A stretch of 62,543 bases of DNA, filler included, from Atractiella rhizophila (lineage: Eukaryota): assembly GCA_021432655.1 (NCBI GenBank). It is 30 parts of 30 records of this genome, joined end to end, with 100 filler letters (N's around TTAATTAATTAA, not from the genome) between each part and the next. Parts side by side here need not be neighbours in the genome. Positions count along the whole stretch, not along the records: positions 10,638 to 12,657 come from MU272792.1; positions 12,758 to 14,773 come from MU272793.1; positions 14,874 to 16,888 come from MU272794.1; positions 16,989 to 19,002 come from MU272795.1; positions 19,103 to 21,110 come from MU272796.1; positions 21,211 to 23,216 come from MU272797.1; positions 23,317 to 25,313 come from MU272798.1; 23 more parts are not named here. The stretch is one strand, 5' to 3'. Below are positions 10,682-23,639 of this stretch, piece after piece; position 1 is the first letter of the stretch, and every line of letters starts with the position of its first letter. The notes under the pieces were generated by a model. It was not told the origin of the DNA and ran no database searches. It saw nothing but the letters and a program-made list of their open reading frames with translations. The translations under genes and the position numbers were made by a program.

Positions 10682-12779
10682 TACAATGGATAATGATGAA
10701 GCAATGGGGAATTGCATGTTTTGATATATATGTGGTGTGTATTTTGTCCTCCGCTTTTTTTAATATTGGCTCATTTGATACCGAGACGCAAAACACATAC
10801 ATTTCAAAGCTCAAAATTACCACTTCGGACAGATTCCTCACTATCACTACTGCTTGAAAGAGAAACAGAATACGCATCATAATTGGAATTGTCATAAGCC
10901 TCTTGGGCCAACAAAGGTTTTAGGTCGCCGAGTCGGAACTCAATTTCGCCGATGCAACGCCTTTTTTGCAACTGGTGACGCGTTACATGCCCTACGATAC
11001 CTAAACCAAATTTTATAGTCAGACGTATCGCCGAAAAATAGACAAACTCACCCTACCGGTCACATCGGCGATCACACCTTCCACCACAGAACCCTCACTA
11101 GCCCCATCCTCCGCAGCACGATCATCCTGCCTCCTTTTATACAATTCCATTGCAACGCACTTAAGGCCGCCGCCGCTTGTGCATTCAACCTGGCGGCCGC
11201 GAGCATGTTTGTGCGAAGTCCATGCTGAACACTTCGGAGTACAACCGAGCAGTGCTCAGCATCGAATACGCGGGAGAGTCCTCGTCAGCGTCCGATATAT
11301 TCTCGTAGTTACTCTCAGCGAAAGCCGACGGACTTTTTTTCCCGTCGCCGATGCATTCAGGATGGAATGTAGTCGACATTACGACTGACATCGAGAGCTC
11401 TCGCAAATATCCCAAAGGCAAAACCTCACACCTTTTGCGCGAACCGTGACAACGTGAACAGACCCGACCGAACACGGTTGCAACATGCCTAGCAGAGAAG
11501 TCGTACACTGGGAGTCGTTGTCGACTTGGCTTTCTTTTTCGCCGCTTTGACAGGCGCCGCACGAATCTTTCCAGTACAATTGCTACATCGCTGCGTCCCG
11601 ATCCTTGCCAATGTGTGAAGAATACATGGATTGGCCCTAGGAGTCGTGATAACCAATTCGAGTTCCAACTCGCCCAGATTGATGTTTGCCGCAGCGTGAG
11701 AATAGGCCTCGCGAGTACCTGGCCAGAAGTACCGGTATTTCGCCGCATCCAATTCTTTGTTGCCAATTCGCACTTTCCCGTCGCGCACTACAAATTCGGC
11801 GACTGGTGCACTGGCGAACGGGTTTCGATCTCCTAACGCCGCAGGCAAAACAAAAGTAGTCGCAATCACCAAATGGTTAGACAGCGCCCTCATCCCCCCC
11901 AACCTCGGATCCTTTCGCCGTTGCACTTGACTTCTTCTGAGCGCACAAATTCTCCTCCGCCACTCGATACTTACTTTCAAGCGCCACCTGTTTTCGTTCC
12001 GCCTCCTCTTTCGCCAGACACATTTTCGTATCGAACAGGAGTTCCTTCCTTCGCAAAACAGCGTCACCATTCCGTGATTCAGAGGGCTGAAACCCGAATT
12101 TCGTTGCTTCCTCCTCGACGAGCGCCGCTTGTTCGACCCAGAGCTGAAGTTCATCCTGCAATGCCTGCATGTCTTCCACAGACATCCGCAGCGGGAACGA
12201 CAAAACGCGCCCATCACCAAACCCTTCCGTGGACTCATAAACTGTTCACACCTTTCCACCGCCGATGGGTTACCAGAAATGCCACACCCAACCACAACAT
12301 ACAAGACAGGAAATCTCATCTCCACTTGTACCTCATCACAAAATTTAATATACAGAGGATAACACCTTCTTTCACACTCCAACACATCGGCACATCGCCC
12401 GAAGTTCACGTCTTTCACCTTTCCACGTCCCAGTAAACCGTGTTCTCTTTTCTATCCTTATTTGCCAGAACGAAGTCGAAGAGTTGCGCGTCGGTCGATA
12501 TTTTGGGGGAAAAGAAGTAAGAAAGATGGTACTATATTTGCACCACGTGTGGGACAGTACCCACCAATGGGACAAAGTCGAAAACTGAAGATAACTCGTC
12601 TGGCAGCAGCGTGATCCCTTTCCAATTGTATATACATAATTTTAAGACATCGACAATNNNNNNNNNNNNNNNNNNNNNNNNNNNNNNNNNNNNNNNNNNN
12701 NTTAATTAATTAANNNNNNNNNNNNNNNNNNNNNNNNNNNNNNNNNNNNNNNNNNNNCCAATTGTTGACATAAGGACAG

Positions 12780-14773
12780 GTATGCGTTGGAACAACCCCA
12801 GATTCTCGCGCGGTATTCCGTTTCAGATGCTGTGGCGACCTACTACCTCTACATGAAATATGTTCACCCATTTATTTTCTCCCTCTGTAACATCATCCCG
12901 CTCAACCCGGACGAGGTCTTGCGTAAAGGCAGCGGTACATTGTGCGAGACTTTACTAATGGTTTGTTCGCAATTCCTGTGCCTTTGCATAGATTAACAAG
13001 GAGAAGGTGGAGGCATATCGAGCGGAGATCATCATGCCAAATCGACATCAAGAAGCCACGGCGAACATGTTCGAGGGTCACTTGTTGGAAAGTGAGACTT
13101 ATGTAGGAGGGCATGTCGAAGCTCTCGAGGCTGGAGTGTTCAGAAGCGACATCCCTGCAGATTTCAGGATCGTTCCAGCTGCTTGTCAAGAGGTATGCTT
13201 TTTATCATTGTCTGGACACGATATTAATGCCAGCTTAGTTAATCGATGAAGTCGACGAAGCCCTACGCTTTGCTATCGTTGAAGAATCAAAGGTCGAGCT
13301 GTCCAGTGTCGTCAACTACGACGATGTCCGCTCTAGGATCATATCTGCCCTAGAAGAGCTTCGAGACCATCCACTGTGCTCGCACAAGCCACTCATCTAC
13401 CACCTCGATGTCGCCGCTATGTACCCGAACATCATGTTGTCAAACCGTCTCCAACCAGACGCTATTGTCTCTGAGGCGACCTGCGCCGCCTGCGACTACA
13501 ATCGTCCAGGCAAGAAGTGTGATCGCAGAATGGAGTGGGCTTGGAGAGGAGAATTCTTTCCCGCCAAATTGGACGAGTTCAAGATGGTCCGCAATGCGCT
13601 CGAACAGGAAATGTTTCCTCCCAAATATCCTGGACGACCTCAGAGACGATTTAATGACCTGTCGCCATCGGAGCAAACTACGCTGCTTCATAAACGCCTC
13701 GGCGACTATTCCACTAAAGTCTACAAGAAAAGGCATGACAACAAGGTCGAGGTTAGAGAGGCGATTATTTGTCAACGCGAGCATTCCTTCTACACAGATA
13801 CAGTGCGAAACTTCAGGGATCGTCGATATGTCTACAAAGGTGAACACAAAAAGTGGAAGAAGAACCTGGACGCTGCAGTGGAGAAGGGTGCGGGTATAGA
13901 CGAAGTGCTGGAAGCTAAAAAGATGATTGTCCTGTTCGACTCCCTCCAGCTTGCTCACAAGTGTATTCTCAACTCTTTCTACGGATATGTCATGCGGAAA
14001 GGAGCAAGGTGGCATTCGATGGAAATGGCTGGAATTACTTGCTTGACCGGAGCAAGGATCATCCAGATGGCGCGGACACTGGTTGAGCAGATCGGTCGAC
14101 CCCTTGAGCTGGACACGGATGGGATCTGGTGCATGCTTCCAGGCACCTTCCCGGACAAGTTTTCTTTTGAGCTTTCGAGCGGGAAGAAACTTGGAATTTC
14201 GTATCCTTGTACAATGCTCAATCATCGTGTCCACAAGAGCTTCACGAACCATCAATACCACGACCTCAAGGACCCGGCTCGCGGCATCTACTCCGTTCGT
14301 TCTGAAAACTCCATTTTCTTCGAGCTCGACGGTCCCTACCGCGCAATGATCCTGCCAAGTTCGAAAGAGGAGGATAAACTATTAAAAAAGCGCTATGCGG
14401 TATTCGAAGAGGATGGTTCTTTAGCGGAGCTGAAAGGATTTGAGGTGAAAAGAAGGGGAGAATTACAACTTATCAAAATCTTCCAAACTCAAATCTTCGA
14501 AAAGTTCCTCCTGGGCGACACCTTGAAGGAATGCTACTCCGCCGTTGCCGTAGTCGCCAATCAATGGCTCAATGTCCTGACGTCGAAGGCTTCCACTTTG
14601 GAAGATGAAGAATTGGTGGAACTCATCGCAGAGAATCGAAGCATGTCAAAGACGCTTGCAGAATACGCTGGCCAGAAATCAACCTCGATTAGCACGGCTA
14701 AGCGGCTCGCTGAATTCCTGGGAGACCAGATGGTGAAAGACAAAGGTCTCGCTTGCAAATTCATCATATCCGC
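12780..14773 (+). CDS. POL2: DNA polymerase epsilon catalytic subunit, internal fragment
   Basis: [108 protein letters not shown]. Confidence 0.99.
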
Positions 14774-14873
14774 NNNNNNNNNNNNNNNNNNNNNNNNNNN
14801 NNNNNNNNNNNNNNNNNTTAATTAATTAANNNNNNNNNNNNNNNNNNNNNNNNNNNNNNNNNNNNNNNNNNNN

Positions 14874-15249
14874 CGATTTTCAATGCGGGAGGAACGAGGA
14901 AGCGCTGAAGCGATTCAAGCAGGCGGGGCAGCTGTACCTCTCGACGGGAAGTGCAGAGGGGAGAGCAAGCTGTGTCATATCCATGGGAGACATCGATTTT
15001 CGATGCGGGAGGAATGAGGAAGCGCTGCAGCGATTCAAGCAGGCGGAGGAGCTGTACCTCGTGATGGGAGATCCACATGGGGGAGCAAGCTGTGTCAAAT
15101 CCATGGGGGACATCGATTTGCGATGCGGGAGGAACGAGGAGGTGCTGGAGCGATTCAAGCAGGCAGAACAGTTTTATCGCAAGACAGGGGATCGGGGTGG
15201 TATGGCCGGCTGCCTTGCTCATATTATCAGCATCAGGGTAGGCTGGTGA
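14874..15249 (+). CDS. C-terminus of a TPR-repeat protein with 40-aa (120-bp) highly similar repeats, NLR-like
   Basis: Units start at 14874, 14994, 15114, e.g. DFRCGRNEEALQRFKQAEELYLVMGDPHGGASCVKSMGDI; stop at 15247-15249. Confidence 0.8.
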
Positions 15250-17806
15250 TAGGCTAAGGCGTAAGGGAACATTCATGTCGCCATTGTGCGTCGCACTTGA
15301 TATTCCTCGTTACATGTGCTTGGGCGAATATTGACCTCACTCATCTGGTACCGTGATGATGATGATGATGATGAGATCAATATTATAGAGCTTTCTGCGA
15401 CCGTAGGGGTCATGAAGCTCTTCTCCAATGATTGGTAGTTACAGCTTTCGAGAACTTGTAGTGTATGACCATCCTACTCCTATCCTATCTGCTACAGGTC
15501 TACATAACTCCCGATTGCCTTGTAATGGTGGGGTGACATTCGTATAAGCTTGACTTAGGAGATGGCTGGGTGAGGGTCAAAGCTCCCAAAGGCGGAAGGT
15601 GTTTGATGCCATGCTCAGATTTGTCTGCCAACGAGGTGATTAGAGCATGCTGAATGAGTAGAAAAGAATTTTATACGATAAAAGCAAGGGGGGGAGAAAT
15701 ATGTAAAGGGCAAGAAGTGAAACGTGAGTGGTTTGGGAAAAGAAAAGGGGTTGCCACAGGAACGGTATAAAGTGGTCGAAACGGTTGGGCTACTTAGCTT
15801 ATTTTGGCTCGAACGGAGTAGAGTTTTAGCCCACTCCTGCTCGAGCCATATTAGTTTGGGCCTCCTCATGCTTTTTCTTTTTGTATCTCAGTATTCTCTC
15901 CATGGAGTGTGTGTGGAATTAGAATCGTTTCGTGGCTCGGATGAATTTACAAAGAAGGGGTAGGGCTTTGGGTGCAGAAAGGACCGATGCAATCTGGTAC
16001 AGTCTCGTAGGCAAAGAGCGAGGAATGAACCATGTGAACTTGTTACAAAGAGAACTTTAGAGCTTTGTGAAGAAATGTCAGTGATTGATTCATAGTTGAC
16101 TCCACGTAAAGGAGAGAAGTTGGAGGAAATTAGGAATTACTCTTCAGTCATGATTCTCAAGAAATGCAGACACTCAATCCTAACGGAAACACATTCTCTT
16201 TTATAAAACCTGTCAGGCTTATCCTCCTGCAATGACAAGCGGAAATCATTAGAACCCTACGGCGCCGTCCACCGCCGAATTGCAGCTACTACACCCGTGT
16301 TATCCAAGGGCCATGTTCTACGAAGTGTTGGTACACCCAGCGGAGTGTTTTGCGTTTTACAGATTCCACATTCCCTGTTGGCAAAAAAGGGTCTCAAATC
16401 ATGTTCCCAATTCACGATACAACAACAGCATCACGACCGGACCTTGGCATCTGCCTCCATTACCTGCGCCACATGACTCCTCTTCCGACCTGTGTGGTCA
16501 GCCATCAGCCATCCCCATCAAGTTTCGTGTCACGCTTGTATATGAAGAGAGAGCCACGTAATGAACGCGCTGAACGAAAGAACTTGGAGTTCAGCGGGAG
16601 TATTTCCAGTTTGTTCTTGATGAGAACCTTCAGGGTTGGCGACTAGCTCCATTATCGGTCGCTCGTCTAGACTATTATATCGCAGCTGTTGTGATGTGTC
16701 GGGGGAACTAACATGGGAGGCAATAAGCTGTCCGTTCGCTAAAATTTTAGGCTCCGGACGATCCGTCCGCCGCTCTTTTCCCTTTTCAATGACGACAACT
16801 CCAACCTGAACGAGTTCTAATTGCCAATGATAGAGACCACTGCTTTATGACTTGACATGTTGATTTTTCTCCACTAGCTACAAGACATNNNNNNNNNNNN
16901 NNNNNNNNNNNNNNNNNNNNNNNNNNNNNNNNTTAATTAATTAANNNNNNNNNNNNNNNNNNNNNNNNNNNNNNNNNNNNNNNNNNNNTGGTGAACACAT
17001 GAAGGGATGGGATCGAAGAGAAACATACCTGAGGGAGTGGAAGAGGGGAGAAGTACCTGTTCTATCTTGTAGTGCAGAGCTGTTGCCATTTTGACAGGTT
17101 AAGACTTGTTCTGCAGTGACCAACTACTTTTCCAAGAAGATGGTTGTGTCACTTTTTATAACTGTCATCGACAAATGCTCTACTCCGACCTACTCGCCTC
17201 ATAGCGGAGCCCGTCTTTGTATACGACTGTCCTTACCGGGATGTGGACACGACTCCTACCTCGCCTTGGCTGAAAACAGAAATGCTGGCAACAGTCATAG
17301 CTCGGTTCAAGAATGATTCCAACATTGCCTGCGGTCTCTAATGTACAGGAGCAGGGGCGAGCATTGGCTAATTTGGAATCGAGCCGGTATATATTGAACG
17401 TTGAGCAGTCATTAAACACAATTGAATCGTAACGCTCGAGCGCTCAAGCTCACTTCTTCATAATCTGGAGCTTCAAGTCAATGAGCGCAACTGCAAGACA
17501 GGCCAGTTAAAATTGTGCTCTCGTGAAATAGCCAGCATGGCTCGGAGCTCGCTCAAATGCCTTCGTCAGACTTTCAGCTAGACCTGTAGAAGTGCAGTAA
17601 CGGTCCCAATATCTTTAAGTTGAAATGACTCTAGGTCGTATCTTGAAGCAAAAACCTGAGGGGCCCAACCAAAGCTTTGGGGCTTAAGCTTTGAAGCTTG
17701 ATTTGGCTCGCTCATTCAAGCTAGACAACAGGTATACCCGCATGATCGATCGACGGACACTTCATTTGCAACTCTTCAAAGTAGACGTAGAAAGACAGGT
17801 GGAACG

Positions 17807-18238
17807 ATGCTTCTCCTCCTCTCGAACGACGACGGCCCTCCCTCCGCCTCCTCCCCTTTTATGCTCTCATTCCTTTCGTCCCTCCGCACCTCCCTCACAT
17901 CCAAGGCAAAAGGCCAAGTCAAAGTGCGCACCATCATACCCTCAACCCAATGCAGCTGGGGCGGCAACGGATTCACCGTCTCCACCCCGCTGTCTATCAG
18001 CTACCTCTATCCGCCGTCCACTGAACCCTCTCTGCTCCGGCGGACGAAAGAGGAATGGGAAGAGGAACTCGTGCTCGTCGATGGGAGCCCCAGCAGCTGT
18101 GTGAATTTGGGTCTGTGGAATGCGGAGGATATTTGGGGCAGCGAGGAGAGAGTGGATTTGGTCGTTACTGGACCGAATTTTGGGAGGAATACGGGAACGG
18201 CTTTTGAGGGTGCTAGGTCAGTAGCCCTTTTCCCTTAA
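17807..18238 (+). pseudogene. SurE-like (Pby1-type) phosphatase N-terminus, apparently internally deleted and truncated
   Basis: MLLLLSNDDGPP...IPSTQCSWGG...VDGSPSSCVNLGL...VDLVVTGPNFGRNTGTAF then EGARSVALFP-stop; expected SSGT motif absent. Confidence 0.7.
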
Positions 18239-19102
18239 CGGTGCGAGTGGCATTCTGCGTTCTCTTCCTATCCGTGCCGCAATCTTTGTTGTAGGATACC
18301 AGGAAGGAGTGCCTGGTTTTCTGATTGGTGTTTGGTGTATGGATGGATTATGCCATTTTCTGCCAAGGAAGTTGCATATCTTTGCTTCTGCGAGGTGGCC
18401 TTGACATGAATAAGATACCATCTTTTGGCGGTATCATTAGACGTTGAGAACATCCCATTATGTCCCCCTTGTGTTAAGATTTGTAAATGAAACCATCGTC
18501 ACTCTTTGCCCGGAGGAGCTTTTCGTATGGAAATGTTTCGCTCAGAGCGAGGCATCATTGTCTCCTTTGGTTTCTGAGATGCGCACCTTGCTTCTGACAG
18601 GCAGATGGGTGATTTCTTAGGTCGTTCTTCTGCCCTGCCAGTTTATGGTGCGAGTGAAAAGTCATGGGAAGCAGGTTGAATTCATTACTACCCTGCGAAC
18701 AGAGGTATTTCATGCTCAGGGGTACATAAATTATCGAAGGGTGATCTGACCTAAGATTGATTATGGACAATTTTATGAGGTGAGGTGCCTCTTGAGAATT
18801 CTAAGATATCAGAAAGCGTGCTTTGATACACCGATGGATTATCATCCCCTACCTTGGTTGTTGCCCGAGCAATGGAGTTTCACCTTACACCATGATTTCT
18901 CAACGGACAAGTGTCCAAGAGTAGACGCAAGAGAGGCAGGGGAATCCAGTTATCACATGTGGACTGAAGAAAGGAACGCAATATCGTGCCAGCGAATGCA
19001 GTNNNNNNNNNNNNNNNNNNNNNNNNNNNNNNNNNNNNNNNNNNNNTTAATTAATTAANNNNNNNNNNNNNNNNNNNNNNNNNNNNNNNNNNNNNNNNNN
19101 NN

Positions 19103-21110
19103 ACCGGAGTGATCATGCCAGTAGTAGACGAGGAGAGGAATGTTGTGTACCTTGGCGGCAGAGGGGACATGACATTGCGATGGGTCGAGATCGGCGGGCC
19201 AGTAGTTTTCACGGAAGGTAAGCTCCTATTGTACGATGAACACGTTGAAAGAATATGATACAGGTGCATCTGCTGTACCGTCTATCATCAATGGCATCGC
19301 TTTCGCACCTAGGAATAAAAGGACGATAGATGTGATGAAGGCAGAGATCAATAGGCTTTTGCTCTCTACGGCAGACGCGGTTATTCCTGGTTTGTGCCTT
19401 TAATGCTTCCACACGAAGATTGCTGAGGCAGAAGCAGTCACGATGCAGGTGCCTAAAAGGGTTTGTTTCTCCCCTGTGCACCGTGAAATAGCTCACGATA
19501 TGCATTAGCAATACATCGACTTTCATTTCGACATTTTCCCCGATATCAAGGCTCGCCGTTCGTCTTCTCCATTGGTGCTCCTTCCTGCACTTATGATGAG
19601 GGTACAGGCGCAGCACAAGGTTCAACCGCCTGGTTGCAGGGGCAGGACGCTGCCCCCCTTCTCCAGTCTCAGGACCCAACAAAAACAGGACAACAGCACT
19701 TCTCATCCACACTGCCGAATCCGACCCCAGTTCCTTCAGGTTCAGGAGTGTCGGCGCAAGTATCAGCTCCTGTGCAAAGCACTCCGCCTCCAGCATCAGT
19801 TAGCTCCCCGCCGCCTCCCACCATTTCATCCACCACGACTTCTGCTTCCACAACGTCTGTGGCCTCCAAATCTCCTTTCGCCCTTTCACACTCCTCATCC
19901 CCTTCCACAGCGCAGATCCCGGAGCAGAAAGCTGCTTCTACAAATCTGCAAACCTTGAAGCAGACATCATCGTCGATTACTCCAGCTCCCGCTTCATCAG
20001 CTCCATCGACAGGATCTGCACCTCAGGGTGGTTCGGAACCCTACAATCCGACATGGTCTCGCAAATTTTTAGCTGGCAAGACACCTCTAAAGGTCGACTA
20101 TGACGACCTGAAAGGCCTGTCTACCATCGCGTCTCCAGATGCCTCGCTATTCAAGACAAACACGAAGTTCATGGCTTTCCCGCTCTCTGGACCTGGTGGA
20201 AAGGTTGGAGTGCATGCTATCAACAAGACCGGGAGATTGCCAACGATTCTTCCAGCTGTGACGTCCGGTACGGGCGTGAGCGACTTTGAATGGGATTGGT
20301 TCGATGAGAATCTGCTGTGGGTGTCTGGTGACGATGGAAAGATTCGATCGTTTAGGATTCCGCAAGATGGTCTAGATCCCGAGGCAGGGGATTTAGGAGA
20401 GACCGAGAACGTGTTGGAGGGAGGGATGGATAAGGTGACTGAGATCAGAAGTCATCCAACCGTTAAAGGACTCTTGATGTCCCTCTCTCATGATCGAGGA
20501 ACAAGCCAGATTACGGTTTGGAAAACGGCAGATGGAAGTATTGGGAAGAGAGTCCCCGTGAACGAGGGGAGAGGCGTCTTCTGTGCCGAATGGTCGCCTG
20601 ATGGAACGAGAATTGCTGTGGTGACAAAGGACCGAATGTTGCGGATCTTCGATCCTAGAAATCCTGACAAGATGATCACTGGCAAGACACACGATAGCCC
20701 AAGAGTCGTTCGAGTCGCTTGGTTCGGCCAGGATTGCCTGGTCACGACTGGTTTCTCAAGGTCAGCGAACAGGGAAATGATACTTTACAAGGTCGAAGGA
20801 GAGGAAGCGAAGGTCACTGACAGGTTAATGCTCGACGTATCACCTGCCATCTTATTTCCTTACACAGATTGGGACACTAAGATTGTTTTCGCTTTCTCTC
20901 GTTCGTCATCCATTTGTCAGTCGACTCCAAAGCTGACATAAGTTTAGGTGGCGAACGGACTCTATACTGCTTCGAAGCACAGCCAGATACGAAACCACAC
21001 CTCTTCAAACTCCCATCATTTGACCATGGCACCCTTCAGAGTGGCTGGTCCTTCCTTCCGAAACTCGAAGTGGACGTTAAGAAAGTGGAGATCCTGAAAG
21101 CCTTCCGACT
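19103..21110 (+). CDS. Tandem coronin (coronin-7/POD-1-like WD40 protein), internal fragment
   Basis: End of first coronin unit (IDVMKAEINRLLL..., VPKR/QYIDFHFDIFPD), S/T/P-rich linker, second unit (GGKVGVHAINKTGRLP, VSDFEWDWFDENLL, WSPDG..IAVVTKDRMLRIFDPR, TTGFSRSANRE, LDVSPAILFPY, LPKLEVDVKKVEI). Confidence 0.88.
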
Positions 21111-21325
21111 NNNNNNNNNNNNNNNNNNNNNNNNNNNNNNNNNNNNNNNNNNNNTTAATTAATTAANNNNNNNNNNNNNNNNNNNNNNNNNNNNNNNNNN
21201 NNNNNNNNNNCTTGACCTTCCAAAGGTTCCTTCCCGAATTTGAATCCTTGTTGCGGCAATAGTGATTTAAGTCGTCGGCGATGTGCTGCGTTGGAAATTG
21301 CCGACTGATCGTGGTAATTCGCAAG

Positions 21326-22298
21326 ATGGACGACGAGGGGCTGCAACTGCCAGGCGTTCGCGAGGAGCAACGAGGTCTACCACCAGTCGTGCTCACCGCT
21401 CCGCCATCCGAAAAGCTGAAACGAACCCCGCACGAGGTATTCTGATTGCTCCAACGAATTGTTGCAAACTGACTTGAAACGATGCGCGTTATTGGACGTC
21501 GATTAGAGTGAAGATGCTTCAGATTTAGGACCAGAGTTCAGTGATCCGGTGGCAGGAACGCTTAGTATTAGTGAAGTGAAAATTTTGTTGGAGCAGCAGG
21601 AACAACAGGAGAGGAAAGGTGGTGATACGCGGGTAAGTCCATTTATTGGATCTTTCGGGCAGCCATGAGAACTTGTTTTCCTGTGGAACCTTTATGACTA
21701 TTGCGTAAGGAAGCAACTCGTCTGCTTTTCAGTAAAGTATGACATGAATGCCACTGCATTACGTACATTATTTTGTCTCTGCTCATATTTCCTGCAGAAG
21801 AGAAGAAGAATGTCTGAGCTCTCATGATGAAGCTTAGCCGTTGTGATAAGGGCCTAGAGCCTGTGAACCGGTTTGGTTTCGTTGTTTGAGATGTGCTACT
21901 CTCCGTGTTTCCCGCTTTTCTCCCCTGCATGATGTGTTTGAAGTTAATGATTGTTCAAACAGATAAGGCAACAAACGTACGAATACTGCACAGCTTTCGC
22001 CCGCTTCTCATCTCTCCAGTCCATCCGTGAGGTTCGAGAGTGAGTCTCCATCTCCGTTGCCAATTCCCTCTAAGTCAACACCTGTCATGTCCCAACGCTG
22101 ACTTTGCCCCGGAATCTGATGAATAGCATCCTCAGAAGAGACTCCACACTCACCCAATTCGAGATTGCACAAATCGCCAATCTTTGTCCAGCGGGAGCCG
22201 AAGAAGCAAAAGCTTTGATCCCCACCATGAGAGAGAAGGATGACGATTTATTAGAGGGGATGATGGAGGAAATCAAAGGATTGAGAAAGGTCAATTGA
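21326..22298 (+). CDS. RPB4: RNA polymerase II subunit Rpb4, complete, 4 exons
   Basis: SEDASDLGPEF..TLSISEVKILLE / TYEYCTAFARF...IREVR / LTQFEIAQIANLCPAGAEEAKALIPTM. Confidence 0.9.
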
Positions 22299-22668
22299 TT
22301 CAGTCACCTTTTCTCTATCCTCTGGGTGCGGTAAACAGCGTGGAGATTTTGAAGTGGATATCCCTAGTTTAGATCGTCGAAGAGAAACGATTGGATAGGG
22401 CATAACGAGGCATTACAATTGTGATTGTAGTCGATTCTACTTCTACAAAGCACTACTGAAAATTAAGTCACCAAAAAATGAGCAATCCCAGACTCCCAAA
22501 ACAACAAAAGAACAGCACTTCCAAACGACTATTGATGCACTCCAGCATACGATGCATTAAACGAACCAAAAGTGTGAACTAAACAGGCTATATGCATTTT
22601 GAATCCTCTCTCTGACTTGGAACCATGAAGCGAGTCCGAAACAACAAACACAACAACGTCAATCTTCT

Positions 22669-23216
22669 CTACTCCGCTGCAAGAAGTTCAGATACCAGCT
22701 CTGAAACGTGCGACATGATACGATCCGCCATTCCTTCTCGCTCGTTATCGACGATCCGTCCCCTTTCGTCCACCTCCCGGTCATCTTCAGTTGTCGTTCC
22801 GTTTGCCCCGTTTGGCTTCTTCGCGGCTTTGTCAGACGTGGGGCTACCTCCCTTTGAGACTTCGATCCACTCCGTGGCGGTACGAATGCCATCGAATCCC
22901 AGACGATCGAGTGTGAGATTGAAGTTCGTCCTCTCCGCTTCTGCATATGCTGATGGCGTGGCAGGACGAGGAGATGGGGATGAAGGAGTGTGCTCGGATA
23001 TCGAGATGCCCAGTCGCTGAATGATGGGCAGTAGAGTGATATTCTCAGATGTTTGCTGATGCTTTTTGATATGATGTCCGAGCTCTTGATGACTATGGGA
23101 TCATCAGACCACCAGCGATAGCATGTGAAGCATGAACGTACTATGAGCCTGTGACATGAGGGTAGCGACCACTGATTTCTTCCAAAAGACCAAAGAGCAT
23201 GATAAGCTCCTTGTCC
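22669..23216 (-). CDS. 3' end of a large protein, resembles fungal neurofibromin/Ira RasGAP C-terminus
   Basis: Spliced DKELIMLFGLLEEISGRYPHV...LLPIIQRL...LTLDRLGFDGI...MSHVSELVSELLAAE-stop; family resemblance from memory only. Confidence 0.45.
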
Positions 23217-23639
23217 NNNNNNNNNNNNNNNNNNNNNNNNNNNNNNNNNNNNNNNNNNNNTTAATTAATTAANNNNNNNNNNNNNNNNNNNNNNNNNNNN
23301 NNNNNNNNNNNNNNNNCCTTGTGAGGGGGGTATATGTGTATTTTACATTGCGGGGCATTGTGGGGCATTCATGTGACCATAATTGTCACTGTTTGTCGCT
23401 TATCTCCAACAGAGATCCCTATGGCAAAGATTGGCCACAGTTCCAGTCCGCATGTGAGAGCTTCGCCAAGGTAAGAAGCTCCTGATACAGTGCATCCCAG
23501 CATGAAAGGTTTTCTTCTTCGTCATCTTTGTTCACTTCATCTGCGTGCTCGGCGCGCTTCCACTTCTTCGATGCTAGACCTGTCGTTAGCTTGACTATAA
23601 TTAATTATAACTTTCTTCCCTTGACTTTCTAGTTCAAGG

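Noticed and set aside
13440..14261. 273-aa antisense ORF and similar shadow ORFs
   Set aside because: Mirror frames of conserved genes such as POL2, with no independent motifs.
15521..16047. TGTAAT...GTTACA candidate LTR
   Set aside because: Flanks TGCCT and AAGAG do not match, no PBS or PPT, and no second full copy in the window.
21633..21962. TPP riboswitch or definite C/D snoRNA in the RPB4 intron
   Set aside because: No CTGAGA aptamer core, and the C-box has no clear downstream CTGA D-box.
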